From assembly GCA_044892525.1 (NCBI GenBank), contig CM097886.1:17608001-17672000 (forward strand): a DNA stretch of 64,000 nucleotides, given 5' to 3'. The notes below the pieces were generated by a model, which did no database searches, was not told the DNA's origin, and saw only the letters and a list, made by a program, of their open reading frames with translations. This document shows, piece after piece, positions 28,047 to 40,265 of the stretch (its first letter is position 1; each line of letters opens with the position of its first letter). Position numbers and translations under genes: made by a program. Source of the stretch: Schmidtea polychroa. Lineage: Eukaryota.

Positions 28047-31000
28047 TGTTGGGCTAAATTTCAGAGTGGAGAAAACTGGAGCGAATAGAAAAGTAAACCT
28101 CGAATAATAAATAAGATAAAAATATAAAAATCTCACTAGTAAATAGAAAGGAACGATAAAAAATCAATAAGAGAATAAGATAAGGTAAAACAAACTGAAT
28201 AAAACCCAATAAATCCCTTAAGATTTAGAAATAAAACGAGTTAAAACACACAACGGATAAAATAGAAATAGAATAAGTAAAAAAGTGACAACAAATAAAC
28301 GAGAAATTTAAGAAATAAATAAAAAATAAACCATTTTAAGTCTAATTAAAACAAAAAATAATATTACAATAAAATAACAATAAGTCCGCAGAAAAATAGA
28401 AGAGAAAATAATAAAAATAAGAAAAAATAAATAAAATAATAATAAGAATAAGCCAAGCCATTAAAAAAATTTAATATACGATGATAAAAACATAAAAATA
28501 ATAATAAATAGTAAAAATACAAACGAGTCGCGTCCTGATTGGACAGAAAATAATATATAAAGAGCGACAAAAATCTGTAGAGTATCATTCTAACCCGAAA
28601 CTCTACAGGTAAAAATTCATTTAAAATATTATCAATCATTCTAACCCGAAACTCTACAGGACTTCAGGACCACTTAGCAGCTATTAGAACTCGTTTACGA
28701 AGCAATCCTACAAAACTACTTACAGCCGATAAGCCATTTTAGACTACTGGTTAAGAGCCTACGGAAAGTATCGAGAACTTAGACGACTTTATTATTCTAT
28801 TCGATCCAGTTTTAAACTCAAAGGTATGCATTCGATTGATATTATGAATAGTTATTTGCTGTAAAAATGTTGAAAATAATGAAAAGCAGAATAAATTTTA
28901 TTCAATAAATTTAATTTGAAATGAACAGCAGCCTTTTTCTTCATGGTACCGGCCACTGCACTATCTGGGACCTTCAAGCATGATGCGGCAGAGCGAAAAT
29001 GCGTTGCGAAAGGGTTTGCGAGTATGCATTGCGACGAAGGGACGATATCAGTCGATTTTCGAAGTTGAAGAAGAATTGAGGAAATTGTCCAGTACGAAGG
29101 GACATGCATCTGAATGGCTCGGAAGACATCATGCTTGGAACCCAGCTGGTGGGGTCGCCGGGTAAATCTGATTTATTCATTTTATGTGTTTTACAAAATT
29201 TTTCCATTAATGTCGGAGTTGATTTTGGAATTGCTTGAATAGAGGAGTTGATCGTCTCCCATGACGGTGCAAGGACGGCGGCAGAAATGAGTGCCGTTCT
29301 TGGGTGGGTCATGAGAGGTGAGGAAACTCCGTGAGTCGAAGTATAGCTGAAGAGTGAAATTTCCTTCATCGAGTGCGATCGACCACCGCTATCGTCGAAA
29401 ATACACTTCTTAAAAGAGTAGTCGCGAAGATGAAATCATGAGAAACTCCAGGAGATCGTCGAATCAAAATCTTTTCACATTACATCCAGTCGCCGTTAAT
29501 CGCATTGGAAAGTTAGAGTCCATGTCGTATATCCCTCGGGAAATTGGCACGAGAATATCTGGTGATTGGGGATCTATAGCTGCGTAAAAAATCCAATGTT
29601 GTTCACAGAGAATGTCATAGAGCCCGAGATCTTCTAGAATACACATCGCCAGGACATTTACGACGAAACCCATAGTCAGTGTACTTTTGAGTTAGATTGT
29701 TGGTTATGAGGCCACTGATAAGCCTAGATTTTCTGAGAATAAAACAAACAAATCACGAGAAATTATCGGAATATTTACGATCGGCGTTAGAGAAACCGCA
29801 GTCGAATTTATCAGAAACTGTCAAACTAATTTCAGACAGATTATTATTCACCGGATTGTATGACTGAGGAAAACCTGACGAAGAGCGAGAGCGATAATCG
29901 TCTCTGCAATAGGTTTAGTGAATGCGTTGATAGAGAGATGTCTAAGAGTTGATAACGACTAGAGTAAATCATCAGTTCTGACCCGCTAGTGAATTGTCGC
30001 GTAATGATTGGGTGGATACTTCTAACCAATCTCCCAGACAACTGAATCTTGATAATCCGTCTCATTTACACACTATCGGGAAATTCTTTTTCAGTAGACG
30101 GCAATTTATTCTAAATCTTAAATGGTTATGTGACACAATCGTGACGTAACAACGAGGGAGTTAATCGAGAAAATACTACTGTGTGCACAGGCGAAAGAAA
30201 GAGTTCACGCGCGTAAAGGCAGACACCCACTCTTAAACTACCATTCGAAGCAAACACGTCACCAAAACTGATTCACATGCTAGGGACAAATAACAACACT
30301 TTAGTATGCATTTTCATATATTGAATTATGTGCCGCCTTTAAACGAAAGACGATATTTTAATACAACCACATATTACGCAACGTCGTCATGACAACCTCA
30401 CGGCGAAAATTTAAATAAAACTAAAAATCATAAGTTAAGTCAATAGGGAACCAAAGATATTCTGCTGTTAATTTTTTCCCTTTTTCCTATTTTATTTTAT
30501 CTATTTGAACTACTTTAATATAACATAACGAGGTCTATTGAATATCGAATTTTTCTTTTATAATACTACTCGGTTTAGTTGTGTAGAACGTAGTAATGAG
30601 GAGTAAAATCGCAAACATCAGATAATGATAAGTAGAATAAAAGGGTTAGTCTTGTTAGTACTAGACTGAACAAGCATGAAAAGGGGAATAGTCAAACTCA
30701 TAACACGTACCGATTGTAAAATGATGACAAATAAATTATGTCTAGAATTTTCGTTTTCTTCTCGTCAGGTGTTGATGGTTGAGGGGATGAATTTGAATGT
30801 TTAAAACTGGATGAATGTGGGTGCCGACTGATAATTTGGGCGTTTGAATCACTACTGAATGGTTTGATTTCGAAAAAAGGGAACCTCATATGTAAAAATA
30901 GGAATAAAATCCTAGCCAATAAATTTTGTAAAATTAACAATGAAAGATTCTATAAACTCTTTAGATGAATACCTCTACCAGCTCTGGAAAAAATCTTCGC

Positions 31001-32251
31001 CCGTGTCTCTTCTGCGCCGATAAAAACGCAGATATCGCGCAGCTCCACTTATACATCGGGGCACTGAAAAAGAGAATTGATCTCTACGAAGGCACGTGGT
31101 TCTCCCCGCCACAAATGCAAGAGGAACGCAAGAAAATTCTCCGATTAGAGCATTGCAGGGACAGCCTGCTAGAGGAAAGCCGTTGCCAGCGGCTCACTAT
31201 CAAAGCACAATCGGAAGCCCTCCATAAGGTATATACGGAGGCAGAATTGGCCAAACGGGTCCGAGAATTTCCCGTCATCGAGAAGACCAATGTCTTCCCA
31301 CCTCACCATCAGGCCTCCCAATCAACTTCAACAAGCTGCCAAAGGCATGGTACCTATCTGCCGCCCGTCCCGGCTCCAACCTTATCGAGTTATCAACCCT
31401 TGGTCGGTGGACCTACCGATCCCATCTTGGCTCCAATCTTGGTGGCACCAATCGGCACCGCGAACGTGGAAAACCCTCCGTCTACTCGCAAACGGAAACG
31501 GCCAACTCGAGCCGAGAAGAATAAAAAACGCCGAGATGCGATGGCCGCACTCGAAGCGTCGCTATCGGTAGCCCAATCCACCATAAAGGAAATCTCTTCC
31601 AGCCATTCAATTCCAACGAAGGAAATTTTCCGTGTAATTCCCGCAGAGGGCATCAAATACGTCTCTAACCAACAATTGCCGGTCGACATCGACGAGATGC
31701 TTGCCGATGGGGAGTCCTTTGACTGACAGATTTCCATTGCCTTGATTCGGCAAGATTCGGAAGCGGACTTGAGTGTTTGTGAATATTGAACATTTATTTT
31801 TGTGACAGCCCCTTTTCCTTGTTATAAATGTAATTATTGTTGTGGATGTAATATAATTTTTATTGTCTCTCGGTGATTGTTTTTGGCATGCATGATATGG
31901 GATTAAAAGTGAACAATAGGACGATATCAGATATAGGTAGCACTACAGAGTCGTCCCCTTGGACCAGGGAAGGACCGAATGATGTGTAGAGGAACGGGTA
32001 AGACCTTCTACGGCGCCATGGAACCCGAACCGAGACAGGGTTAGGAGTAGTCTTAAGGCAGAGGCTCACCTGCTAACCTTTTCCGACCCGTGTGAGCAGC
32101 ACCAACGTGGAACATCACCACGGGCTCATACGTGGGAATATGCATTCGATCATCTGGTGTATGTATGGGAAGTGCCTGAGCGGAACGATGACGCCTTGTA
32201 TGAGTGAAGGTTGCGCGTGCATAATTTTTCTCTTCCCCACATACGCCAACA
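28047..32251 (+). repeat. E1 3' LTR (4,205 bp)
   Basis: Direct repeat of 1489-5693, followed by the TSD TGAG. Confidence 0.97.
30965..31726 (+). CDS. LTR-encoded 253-aa protein, 3' LTR copy
   Basis: Translation identical to 4407-5168. Confidence 0.8.
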   Translation: MNTSTSSGKNLRPCLFCADKNADIAQLHLYIGALKKRIDLYEGTWFSPPQMQEERKKILRLEHCRDSLLEESRCQRLTIKAQSEALHKVYTEAELAKRVREFPVIEKTNVFPPHHQASQSTSTSCQRHGTYLPPVPAPTLSSYQPLVGGPTDPILAPILVAPIGTANVENPPSTRKRKRPTRAEKNKKRRDAMAALEASLSVAQSTIKEISSSHSIPTKEIFRVIPAEGIKYVSNQQLPVDIDEMLADGESFD

Positions 32252-33979
32252 TGAGTCTGGAGCTATACTCCGTTTATCATACCTAGGGTACTGTATTCGT
32301 GTTGATTTTTAGTGTGTACGTTATATGTATTTTATGCATGAATAAAGTCGATTTAAAGAAAAATTGCTTGCTTTCGGGGCCTCACTGTGCTCCCTACAAC
32401 AAGCCCTAATATACTACCCTACTATAATAACGATAACGAGTTCTAAGAACTCCATCGCCCAGAGGTAATTCATCGACGAACCCAGTGGCCTATACCACTG
32501 AGTCGGTACGACAACCGACGGCCCCACCATTTATATATTGTAATTACTTAACTTAATTAATTTGTTTGGTTTCTTTTTCTCATTGTCCATTTCTTTTTAC
32601 ATTCGTTTCCTCTCCGAGTTCCCCTAAGTCGTCCCGTTTGTCATGACAATCTTTCACCAAGTAATTTTATTTATTTATTCATAAATTTGTTATTTAGGTT
32701 TTCTCAATAAAATTATAAACAACAATCAAGAATTAAGATTAGACACAAATACATATTGAATTATTTTAAAATTTTTAAAGATGAATAAATTTCCTTTGGT
32801 ACCTTTTGGATCCTTGTCTTGTTCATATTCATTTTTCAATTCCCGAATTTTTTATTAATCGATTTCCCGATAAACTTAACAAATAATTTCCTCTTGAGTT
32901 CCTACGATGGTTAAAAATATCCATAATCGAATTTATATTAAAGTTAAAAATTAATTTTTCTTTTAAGAATCCCCTCATATTGAGCTCAGAAAAAAAATTA
33001 CAAAAATTATTCTAATCAGCGATTTTTCCCAAAATGTTTTAAAAAAATACATTGATTTATTTATTTAATTAATTATAATTGTAATTTAATTCATTCTATA
33101 ATTTAAATCATCATCTCCATCGACCAAATCTTCGCTTCGAGCTACCTAAAATTGACCAACTTCCTAGAAATGTCCCGAATAATTTAAATTGTTTTTACAA
33201 TTTATAAATTGTTTTTACGAAATTTAAATTTTTACAAATAATTCAACAATTATTACTACAGTATTCCTGCCGACAAAATCGAACTCCTTCTGATATCCTT
33301 TCGTTTTGATGAACTTGCTGCTGATAATCTTTCTTCGCGAACGCTGATCATTCGCTCTTCTCCCTTAACTAAGGCAGTTACATATTTTCCAAATTATCAT
33401 CTACATTAAGTGTACACGGAAGAATGTACTAGTGCACAGTAAGACTTAGAGTCAATAATAATTTTGGCGTCTAGGGCTGACTGACGTTCATCAACTAGTT
33501 ATTCTAAAATCTCGTAAGCAAGGCAACCCTGGGCGGCAACAGTAGTCCAGGATATAGAAGCTTCGTCTCGACTTTGTATACAGTTGCAAATAAATATATT
33601 GGCGTCTAGGGACGACCGATATACAGCTCCTGGCTAAATGAAAATTCTGTTGCAGAAGGAAATCCACAGACACTAACACTTAAAGGACATTACTTGTCGG
33701 AAGTAAGATTGTTGACGTAAAATGTTGAACTTGCGAAATGAAATCCAGTCCTTAATAGAATCAAATACAAATTTGTGAAAGAACTTGAGGATTAAAAGCA
33801 GTCTCGGTGCGTGACCAACACTCACATTTTATAAGGCTTTGAGATACAAATATCCAAATTATGTCCAATTATATGTCGTATAAATGGCTTTAAACCTTGC
33901 AATAATTATAAATAAAAAATATGTTATTTAATTTGAAAATATACATATATTTATCTCATAACAAATGAATTTATTTAGA

Positions 33980-34411
33980 TTAATTGCAACAAATAATTTC
34001 AGAAATATCTGGCTTAATAAGTCGAATAATTTCATCGATATAATTCCAATCTTCACATGGTAAATTGTAGCTCAGGTATATTGGACATTTAAAATATTTA
34101 ACTAATTTTTTAGTAAGAACTTCGTGTATGGAAAAATCTGAATTTGAATTCAATTGACATTTCGAAGATATTAATTTATTTTCTTTTTCAAAACCCAAAC
34201 ATAATCCTTAAATTCACATATCATGACCACTAAAATTAACACAAAAACTAATACCTGCAAAATTATTTTGTTCATTTCCTATATATAAAAATATCGAACT
34301 ATTCATTATTAATCCTTTATAAATAATTTGAGTTTCATTAACGACTTTAGTTATATTAAATTCACGAAAATTTTTCAGTGGTAAAAATTCAACATCGGAT
34401 ACATTGACCAT
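33980..34411 (-). CDS. PSMG4: Host proteasome assembly chaperone 4-like gene, 2 exons (34255-34411, 33980-34206), 127 aa
   Basis: Removing a 48-nt GT-AG intron (34207-34254) joins two ORFs into one 384-nt frame. It contains SSIFLYIG..NFAGLCLGF and LTKKLVK...IYLSYNL, resembling PSMG4 SLFLWVG and LAQRLARK...VFVSYNL; the length also fits. Confidence 0.72.
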
Positions 34412-34554
34412 GCTAAAATTAAAAATAAAAAATATTTAACGAATTATTAAAACAATCAATATTTCAGATACGAAATATTTCTTATAATATTTCAGTATCG
34501 TCATAAAGTTAACATGATAAAAAAATCAATTACTAAATGGTAAATACTAGAAAT

Positions 34555-34630
34555 AGTGTGGTTTAAATAAAATAGCATGTTTTAAATAAAATAGTAAGTT
34601 TAAATAGAATAGTGTGTTTTAAATAAATTA
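34555..34630. repeat. Short degenerate tandem repeat (TTTAAATAAAATAG core, about 4 copies)
   Basis: Visible periodic repeat next to the Merlin relic. Confidence 0.45.
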
Positions 34631-34699
34631 TAAAAAAAACTAAAATAATTAAAAAACTAGAAATGGAATTAAAATAAACAAAGCAGAAAATCTTTTTCT

Positions 34700-35178
34700 T
34701 TTTTTCAATCGAATACTCCCAAATAAACTGAATAAGTAGCTCGGATTGCTATTCCTTTGTAATTCCTCGTTTTTTGATCGAAAGGTGTTACATAATTTGT
34801 ATTTCTTCAATAGCTCAACTGTATGCTTGCTATTTATCAGTAATAATTGTAGTTCCAGGGAGAACATTATTGGATATAACGGCTATCGTAATTTGAGCGT
34901 TTCTGTTTTCAACCGACCCTATAAAACAATTCATAGATCCTCGTTCAATGACGCCGAAAAACCATTGATTTTCTAATATTCGGCCTCGGTTATACTTGCG
35001 CTTAAAAAAAGAGGCTCTAATCAATTTCAACTATTTTTGAAATGTTATGTTGGTCATAGCCACCAATTCTTTGATTGTTTACTTCAACTGCGAATGCGAT
35101 TACTTCCCTTAAAAACTTACCCACATACTTACAGTTTCTCTGTTAACGCCTAAATCATATGCGATGTCATTAATCTCT
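34700..35178 (-). pseudogene. Merlin (IS1595/ISXO2-like) DDE transposase relic, interrupted by E2
   Basis: The minus strand reads IGG...IVEID*SLFFKRKYNRGR...QWFFGVIER...NVLPGTTIITDK*QAY with stops. An upstream HTH-like DLGVNRETVSMW runs up to the E2 LTR junction. Confidence 0.8.
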
Positions 35179-35712
35179 TGTTGGGGTTACACCTCGGCTG
35201 ACCGCTCTACCATATTGACGGGTCTAAGGGTTGATTGTCCATCTCGAATAAAAGGTGCCACCGATTTGTCAACCTGGAGTGAAACCCCACATAACTTTCT
35301 TCCAACATAGTGCCCGTGAATCACTTCACGTTGGTACTGCACTATGCAGGCGAGACACCAGCAAGCAGGTGAGCTTCTGCCTTAAAACTACTCCTTGCTG
35401 AGGCCTCGACTTCCCATTCACGACTGCCGATAGAAGGGCTTACGTCCATTTCCTTACACAACCACTTATCAGGATTCGCTGAACGCAAATTGGGAATTTC
35501 TCACTAGATCCTGCGGGTTCTCTACTCAACCCACTTAATTAAAGTCTAATTATTCATGAACGAAAACGTGTAAGACAACAAGATTTATTAATTTCAACGT
35601 TATGACACAAGGATTCAGCTGTACACTTTACTAATGTTTGTCGAAAGAAGAGAAAACATCATAATCAACATAGATCGGGTCCTTGTTCTTCATCCTGACC
35701 GCCACTGGGGTT

Positions 35713-36465
35713 CTATTGTTTCTCCCATTCAGCGTCGGCGAATAATTCGTCGAGGTTAAAAAACTCGGAAGCGTTCTCTTCCCACGTTACGCCAGCGGCT
35801 GATATGATTCGTGCTGAGGGTCCCGTTGTTAGGTCGATGGACACGTGAGAGTTACCACCGTTGGTTGAATCCTCTATTGATGGGATGTTTGGCTTTGTAG
35901 TGGCGCGTTCGCGCTGTCTCTTCTTGCGCTCTGCACGAGAGAGTTGTTTGCGCTTGGGTTTGCTTGAAGATGCCACTTGCAGAAGGGTGACAGGTACAGA
36001 TGGACTAGCAGTGGGGGGCTTACTGGTACCCGTGATGACAACATCTGGTCGCTTGGGGGACAATTCGTTTTCGACGCAGTCTCGGCACGGTCTCTTGAAC
36101 GGTGGAGATGGATTCGAGGAAAGGTTGTGATGAGGCGGAAAGATGTCATCGGCCTCTCGGATGGGAATCTGCACAATTTTTCGGGTTGTAACCGCCTGCA
36201 TGTAAACCTTATGCAGTGCCTCGGATTGTTCTCTGATTAGACTTCTTTGGGCACGGCTCTCAGATATTAGCGCGTCCCGGCAATGCTCGCTACGATCGAG
36301 CTTCTTTTGGATCTCCTTCATCCGAGCGGGACTAAACCATGTCCCTTCCAGCTCGTCGATTTTTCGTTTATATCGACCGATCTGGGCTTGAAGATCTTTA
36401 ATCACTGCATTTTTATCTGAGCAGGAGAAGCAGGGACGTAGAGCTGATTTGTTGTTTGATAACAT
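35713..36465 (-). CDS. LTR-encoded 250-aa protein, E2 3' LTR copy
   Basis: Homolog of the E1 LTR ORF; TTCTTTAG acceptor 10 nt before the ATG; AATAAA downstream (35584-35589). Confidence 0.8.
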   Translation of the reverse strand: MLSNNKSALRPCFSCSDKNAVIKDLQAQIGRYKRKIDELEGTWFSPARMKEIQKKLDRSEHCRDALISESRAQRSLIREQSEALHKVYMQAVTTRKIVQIPIREADDIFPPHHNLSSNPSPPFKRPCRDCVENELSPKRPDVVITGTSKPPTASPSVPVTLLQVASSSKPKRKQLSRAERKKRQRERATTKPNIPSIEDSTNGGNSHVSIDLTTGPSARIISAAGVTWEENASEFFNLDELFADAEWEKQ

Positions 36466-38870
36466 AATGGATGGCTAAAGAAGAAAACTATGGTGACTAT
36501 ATCTAAAAATTTCGGATCAGATACACGGTTTATCCGCTATTGGATACTTAGTGCTGGAAGAAAACAAGACGAGTCGACGAAACAGGATCCCTCCCTTCAC
36601 CCTTGATTACTAATATTTTACGTATCCTTTACAGAAAATTATTCCCCAACGCCCTGATTGCTTCCCTGACGAATGCAAATTATTTGTAAAAATTTTAATT
36701 TTCGTCTGTCGCGTTCGAGTTGGATTTCTATCTATCGCACATAACGGCAATTGACGGATTGGTTCATGCCGGAGTGAATAAACCTATTTCATTACAAATA
36801 CACTATACTACACTTCGTTTAAATTTCGCTGATTATTTGTTGTTATTCTAATGCAAAATAAGGTTTTTGGACCAAATGCAACTAGTAAAAACTTGCACCC
36901 TTACTTCAAGTAGCGGAATAAGTAACAACTCGTAATTTCGTATAAACTATACGTCACTATTTTATGATTACCCCTTATCCATACCATACGGTGATATCGT
37001 CGTAGAAATATAGCATCGTAAAAATATTGTAATTACATAATAATTTGTTATCGGATTTAGTTTTCTATTACGATACGTCATTTACAGGGAATATGAGAAA
37101 TTTAACTACAATATTACTAGCTATTTTATAACCCAAAAATTCCTGTAGATACTTTAGTTAATTTAAATTTGGCTCGAAGGCTACTACTATGATTTGTAAC
37201 ATCTAATTAGAATTACGATAAACCTCTACAACACTTAGGTAAAACTTCCTATGGTTTAGTTATAAAGTTTGGTTTGAATTTTCGATTATTAATTAAAATA
37301 CCCCTTCAACAATTTCGATTTTTATTTAGCATATTTAATTTAAGCAAAATTATCTTTAATGAGTGCACTTTAGAGAGTCCCTTATCTTAGTAGTCGGTTA
37401 CTGGTTATTTGGCTTATCTTTTTAGTGGTACGAATGGCCTTTATCAGTAGTGAAATTTAAGAGTCAGTCATCTGGAAGTCACATCTCATGTCAGCATTAT
37501 CTAATAGGACCACTGATTACTACTCACACACTAAGAATCCTAGAGAGGGTGACACATGGCGGCATTCCCTGCGGTGAGAGGCACTCGGAATGACTCTGCT
37601 GTTTCTCATGCATATTTCTGACCGGATGACGCTACTCATAGTTATGTTAGCAGCATGTCTGTATGTATGGGTGCCTATTCGATGGAAATTTTATCTGTAA
37701 CTATCAACCGTACTGAGCGAACTGCAAATGTTACATCGCGTGTCGATTCCCATCTGAGCTTATGATGTTGGATTTATTTACTACGACTCGTAATTTCCTC
37801 AATATTGGATGCTTTTGAACGATGGAAGATCTCTACGAACCAGCCAACTAGACTCTATGAAGCATATTTCAGTAGTGGATATTTCGACGCGACAGCATGA
37901 AAATTATTCAATGGGTATTACCAGATTTTGTTAATATATGTGATTGAATATAGTATTATTGTGGTTTTATGCTTTACTTTTCCTTTATTGTAAATTCCTC
38001 ATCATATGCTAAGATTTGGATGTCGCATCTGAAAGAGATGACCTAAATTAGATTTACTTTTTCAAAAATCTACCGAATGCAATTTCAACTTCTCGATATG
38101 TTAGAAAAACCAGCGATGGATGTTTAATGGTATTTTCCCCCACATGGTAAGTTCGGATTTATAGACAGAAGTGGCATGAATGTCTTATAAGACGACTCTG
38201 GACAATACAGAGTTAATATGAGAACTCCCTCAGTCGCTGTGAAGCACATATCCTATTTTCGAAAATTTCATAAGGTTTCCTTTCGGTCTATATTTCGGTA
38301 CTCTGACAGATTTTAAGTCCTTCAGCAATTGGACCCGTGAAGAAGCCTTCACATTTCGGCCCAATCTAGCTGCGTGATTGAAATACTCCATGTCCACCGG
38401 CTGAGCTCCCGAAGGCACCTCACACCATGACATGGAGTATCTCAACGCCACGTTTCTCGTTAATATTAGAAATCATAAAACTATCACTTCAAAATAAATA
38501 TCCATAAAAATTATGTAAGAGTTCACCTGTTACCAATAAATACTTTTAAACATTTAAATTATTTACTTTATCAAAATCGTTATTCAGGATCAAATGAAAA
38601 GAGAGTCTGTTTAAATTTAAAAGTTTAATTGCTCATTAAATATACACATTTACTATTAACTTCGAAAAACAATATCATAAATAAAAATCCCTTACTATGG
38701 AATTAGGCTGAATCGGAAAATTAACGTTAGTCGTTCCAAATTAGTCTGATGATAGTTTGTCGAATGTCGATTGCTGTGACTGAGTTCGAATTGCTGTGAA
38801 GTTTTTCGAATTAACTGTTGCTCTACTTGTATTGCTGATCCTTGAAATAAGTCTCCGTGATTGTAGATGT

Positions 38871-39002
38871 CTATGAAATGCTCGGGGTTAACAGTAAACA
38901 ACAGTAAACATTTTTCTTACCTATGAAATGCTCGGGGTTAACAGTAAATTTAATGTTTTTGGTAGTTGTATATATATCAAATTCTTATTTGTGCGGACCA
39001 AT
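38871..39002 (-). promoter_or_regulatory. E2 LTR promoter with leader exon, donor and 50-nt intron
   Basis: CTGATTGG (CCAAT at 38998-39002), TATATATA ~38969-38977, ATAG|GTAAGA at 38921/38920, acceptor TTTCATAG at 38871. Confidence 0.65.
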
Positions 39003-39568
39003 CAGAGTTGAGTACCGCTTATTTCTATTAATTTAATATAATTTTCTTGTTTTTAGGTTGTTTTTTCCTTATTTTCTTTATTTTTAATATGTTTTTCTAT
39101 TTATTTCCTTAATTTCCTTATTATTTCTTGAATTCCTCTTTATTTATTTGTCAACTTGTTCTATTTTAATCTTTTCTTAATTTTATTTTTTTTTTGTTTT
39201 AATTCTTATGTCTTACTTATTATTTTCCTTATATCTTATTCTATTTTATTTCTGATTTTATTTATTTTATTATTATTTTTCTTAATGTTCTACTTCCCTA
39301 CTTTCCTATTTTTCAACGATTAAATTTTCGACTCAGCCCAACAAATCACTCGGGGACCCATCAAAATTGCGTCCCGCAATTGCATAATTAACTTAATTCA
39401 TTCATTCAAAAAAAATATAACACGAACACGGAAAATTATACAACAATGATAAAAATTTTATTGTAAGATCAAGGTCAAAGCAAGACCAAGCAAGTATCAC
39501 TTAAGGTGATAGTTTGTACATACAATAAAAGTTTCCACATATAATAACACAAATGTTTGAATTAGAGT

Positions 39569-40210
39569 TTATGAACTGTCAACCATTGATGCTTCTGCTG
39601 GCGGCTGTTGGTTGGTTTGGGTATTGATGTTGAGATAGGTCTGACTATTAGATTTCGGCTGGATTGGTTGATTACTCGGGGTTCGAGGTCGGTTAAGATT
39701 TGTCAGGGGCACTTCTTGAGGATTTTGGTTCGAGGTTACTCTTATTGATGTCGAGACTCTACATCTATTTCGAACTTCGTAAATTTTCATGAATATTGGT
39801 AGACATAGGAGGAGGGTTTCTGCGATCACCACATATATGAGATAATGGGTGTCATTGATTTCGGGAGGTATTTTTGGCTTTTCTACCAGATTCCCAAAAT
39901 TCTCTTGTTGCATTTGTTGTTCCAACTGGTCGAATTGTTGAATTTGTTCGAGGATTTGTTTGTTTATCATTTTACAAATGGGGTTCTTTTTACACATTGT
40001 TTGGATGTTGTTGATGTGTGATCGGGTTGATTGAATGGTTTGGATGATATGGGTTTTTACGGTCATCGGGTATGTGCATTGACTGGATTCTTGTTTAGGT
40101 TCTTGATTTTGATTTCGGTAATCTCGTACGATTTTCGGTTGGGCGTCTATTTGTTTGCTCTCCATCAGAATCATCAATACCATCATTGTTATCATCATCT
40201 CGCCTCGCAT
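39569..40210 (-). CDS. Putative type I membrane protein (E2 ortholog)
   Basis: Signal-like MMITMMVLMILM and TM LIYVVIAETLLLCLPIFM. Confidence 0.75.
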   Translation of the reverse strand: MRGEMMITMMVLMILMESKQIDAQPKIVRDYRNQNQEPKQESSQCTYPMTVKTHIIQTIQSTRSHINNIQTMCKKNPICKMINKQILEQIQQFDQLEQQMQQENFGNLVEKPKIPPEINDTHYLIYVVIAETLLLCLPIFMKIYEVRNRCRVSTSIRVTSNQNPQEVPLTNLNRPRTPSNQPIQPKSNSQTYLNINTQTNQQPPAEASMVDSS

Positions 40211-40265
40211 GATACTATTATACATTCATTATGTTTATTTACAATTGGTTTTAATGACCCTTAAT

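Larger units (their letters stand above)
1489..32251 (+). mobile_element. Giant Ty3/Gypsy-type LTR retroelement E1 (30,763 bp, full length)
   Basis: Paired LTRs at a constant offset of 26,558, TG...CA ends, 4-bp TSD TGAG (1485-1488 and 32252-32255), PBS, and PR-RT-RH-IN domain order. Confidence 0.97.
35179..39343 (-). repeat. E2 3' LTR (4,165 bp)
   Basis: On the minus strand it begins TGTTGGG (39343) and ends CCCAACA (35179); 35179-37765 matches 61414-64000. Confidence 0.95.

Noticed and set aside
33465-33611. TGGCGTCTAGGG twice (33465, 33600), resembling a PBS
   Set aside because: No associated LTR pair or gag/pol remnant was identified and no tRNA match could be verified.
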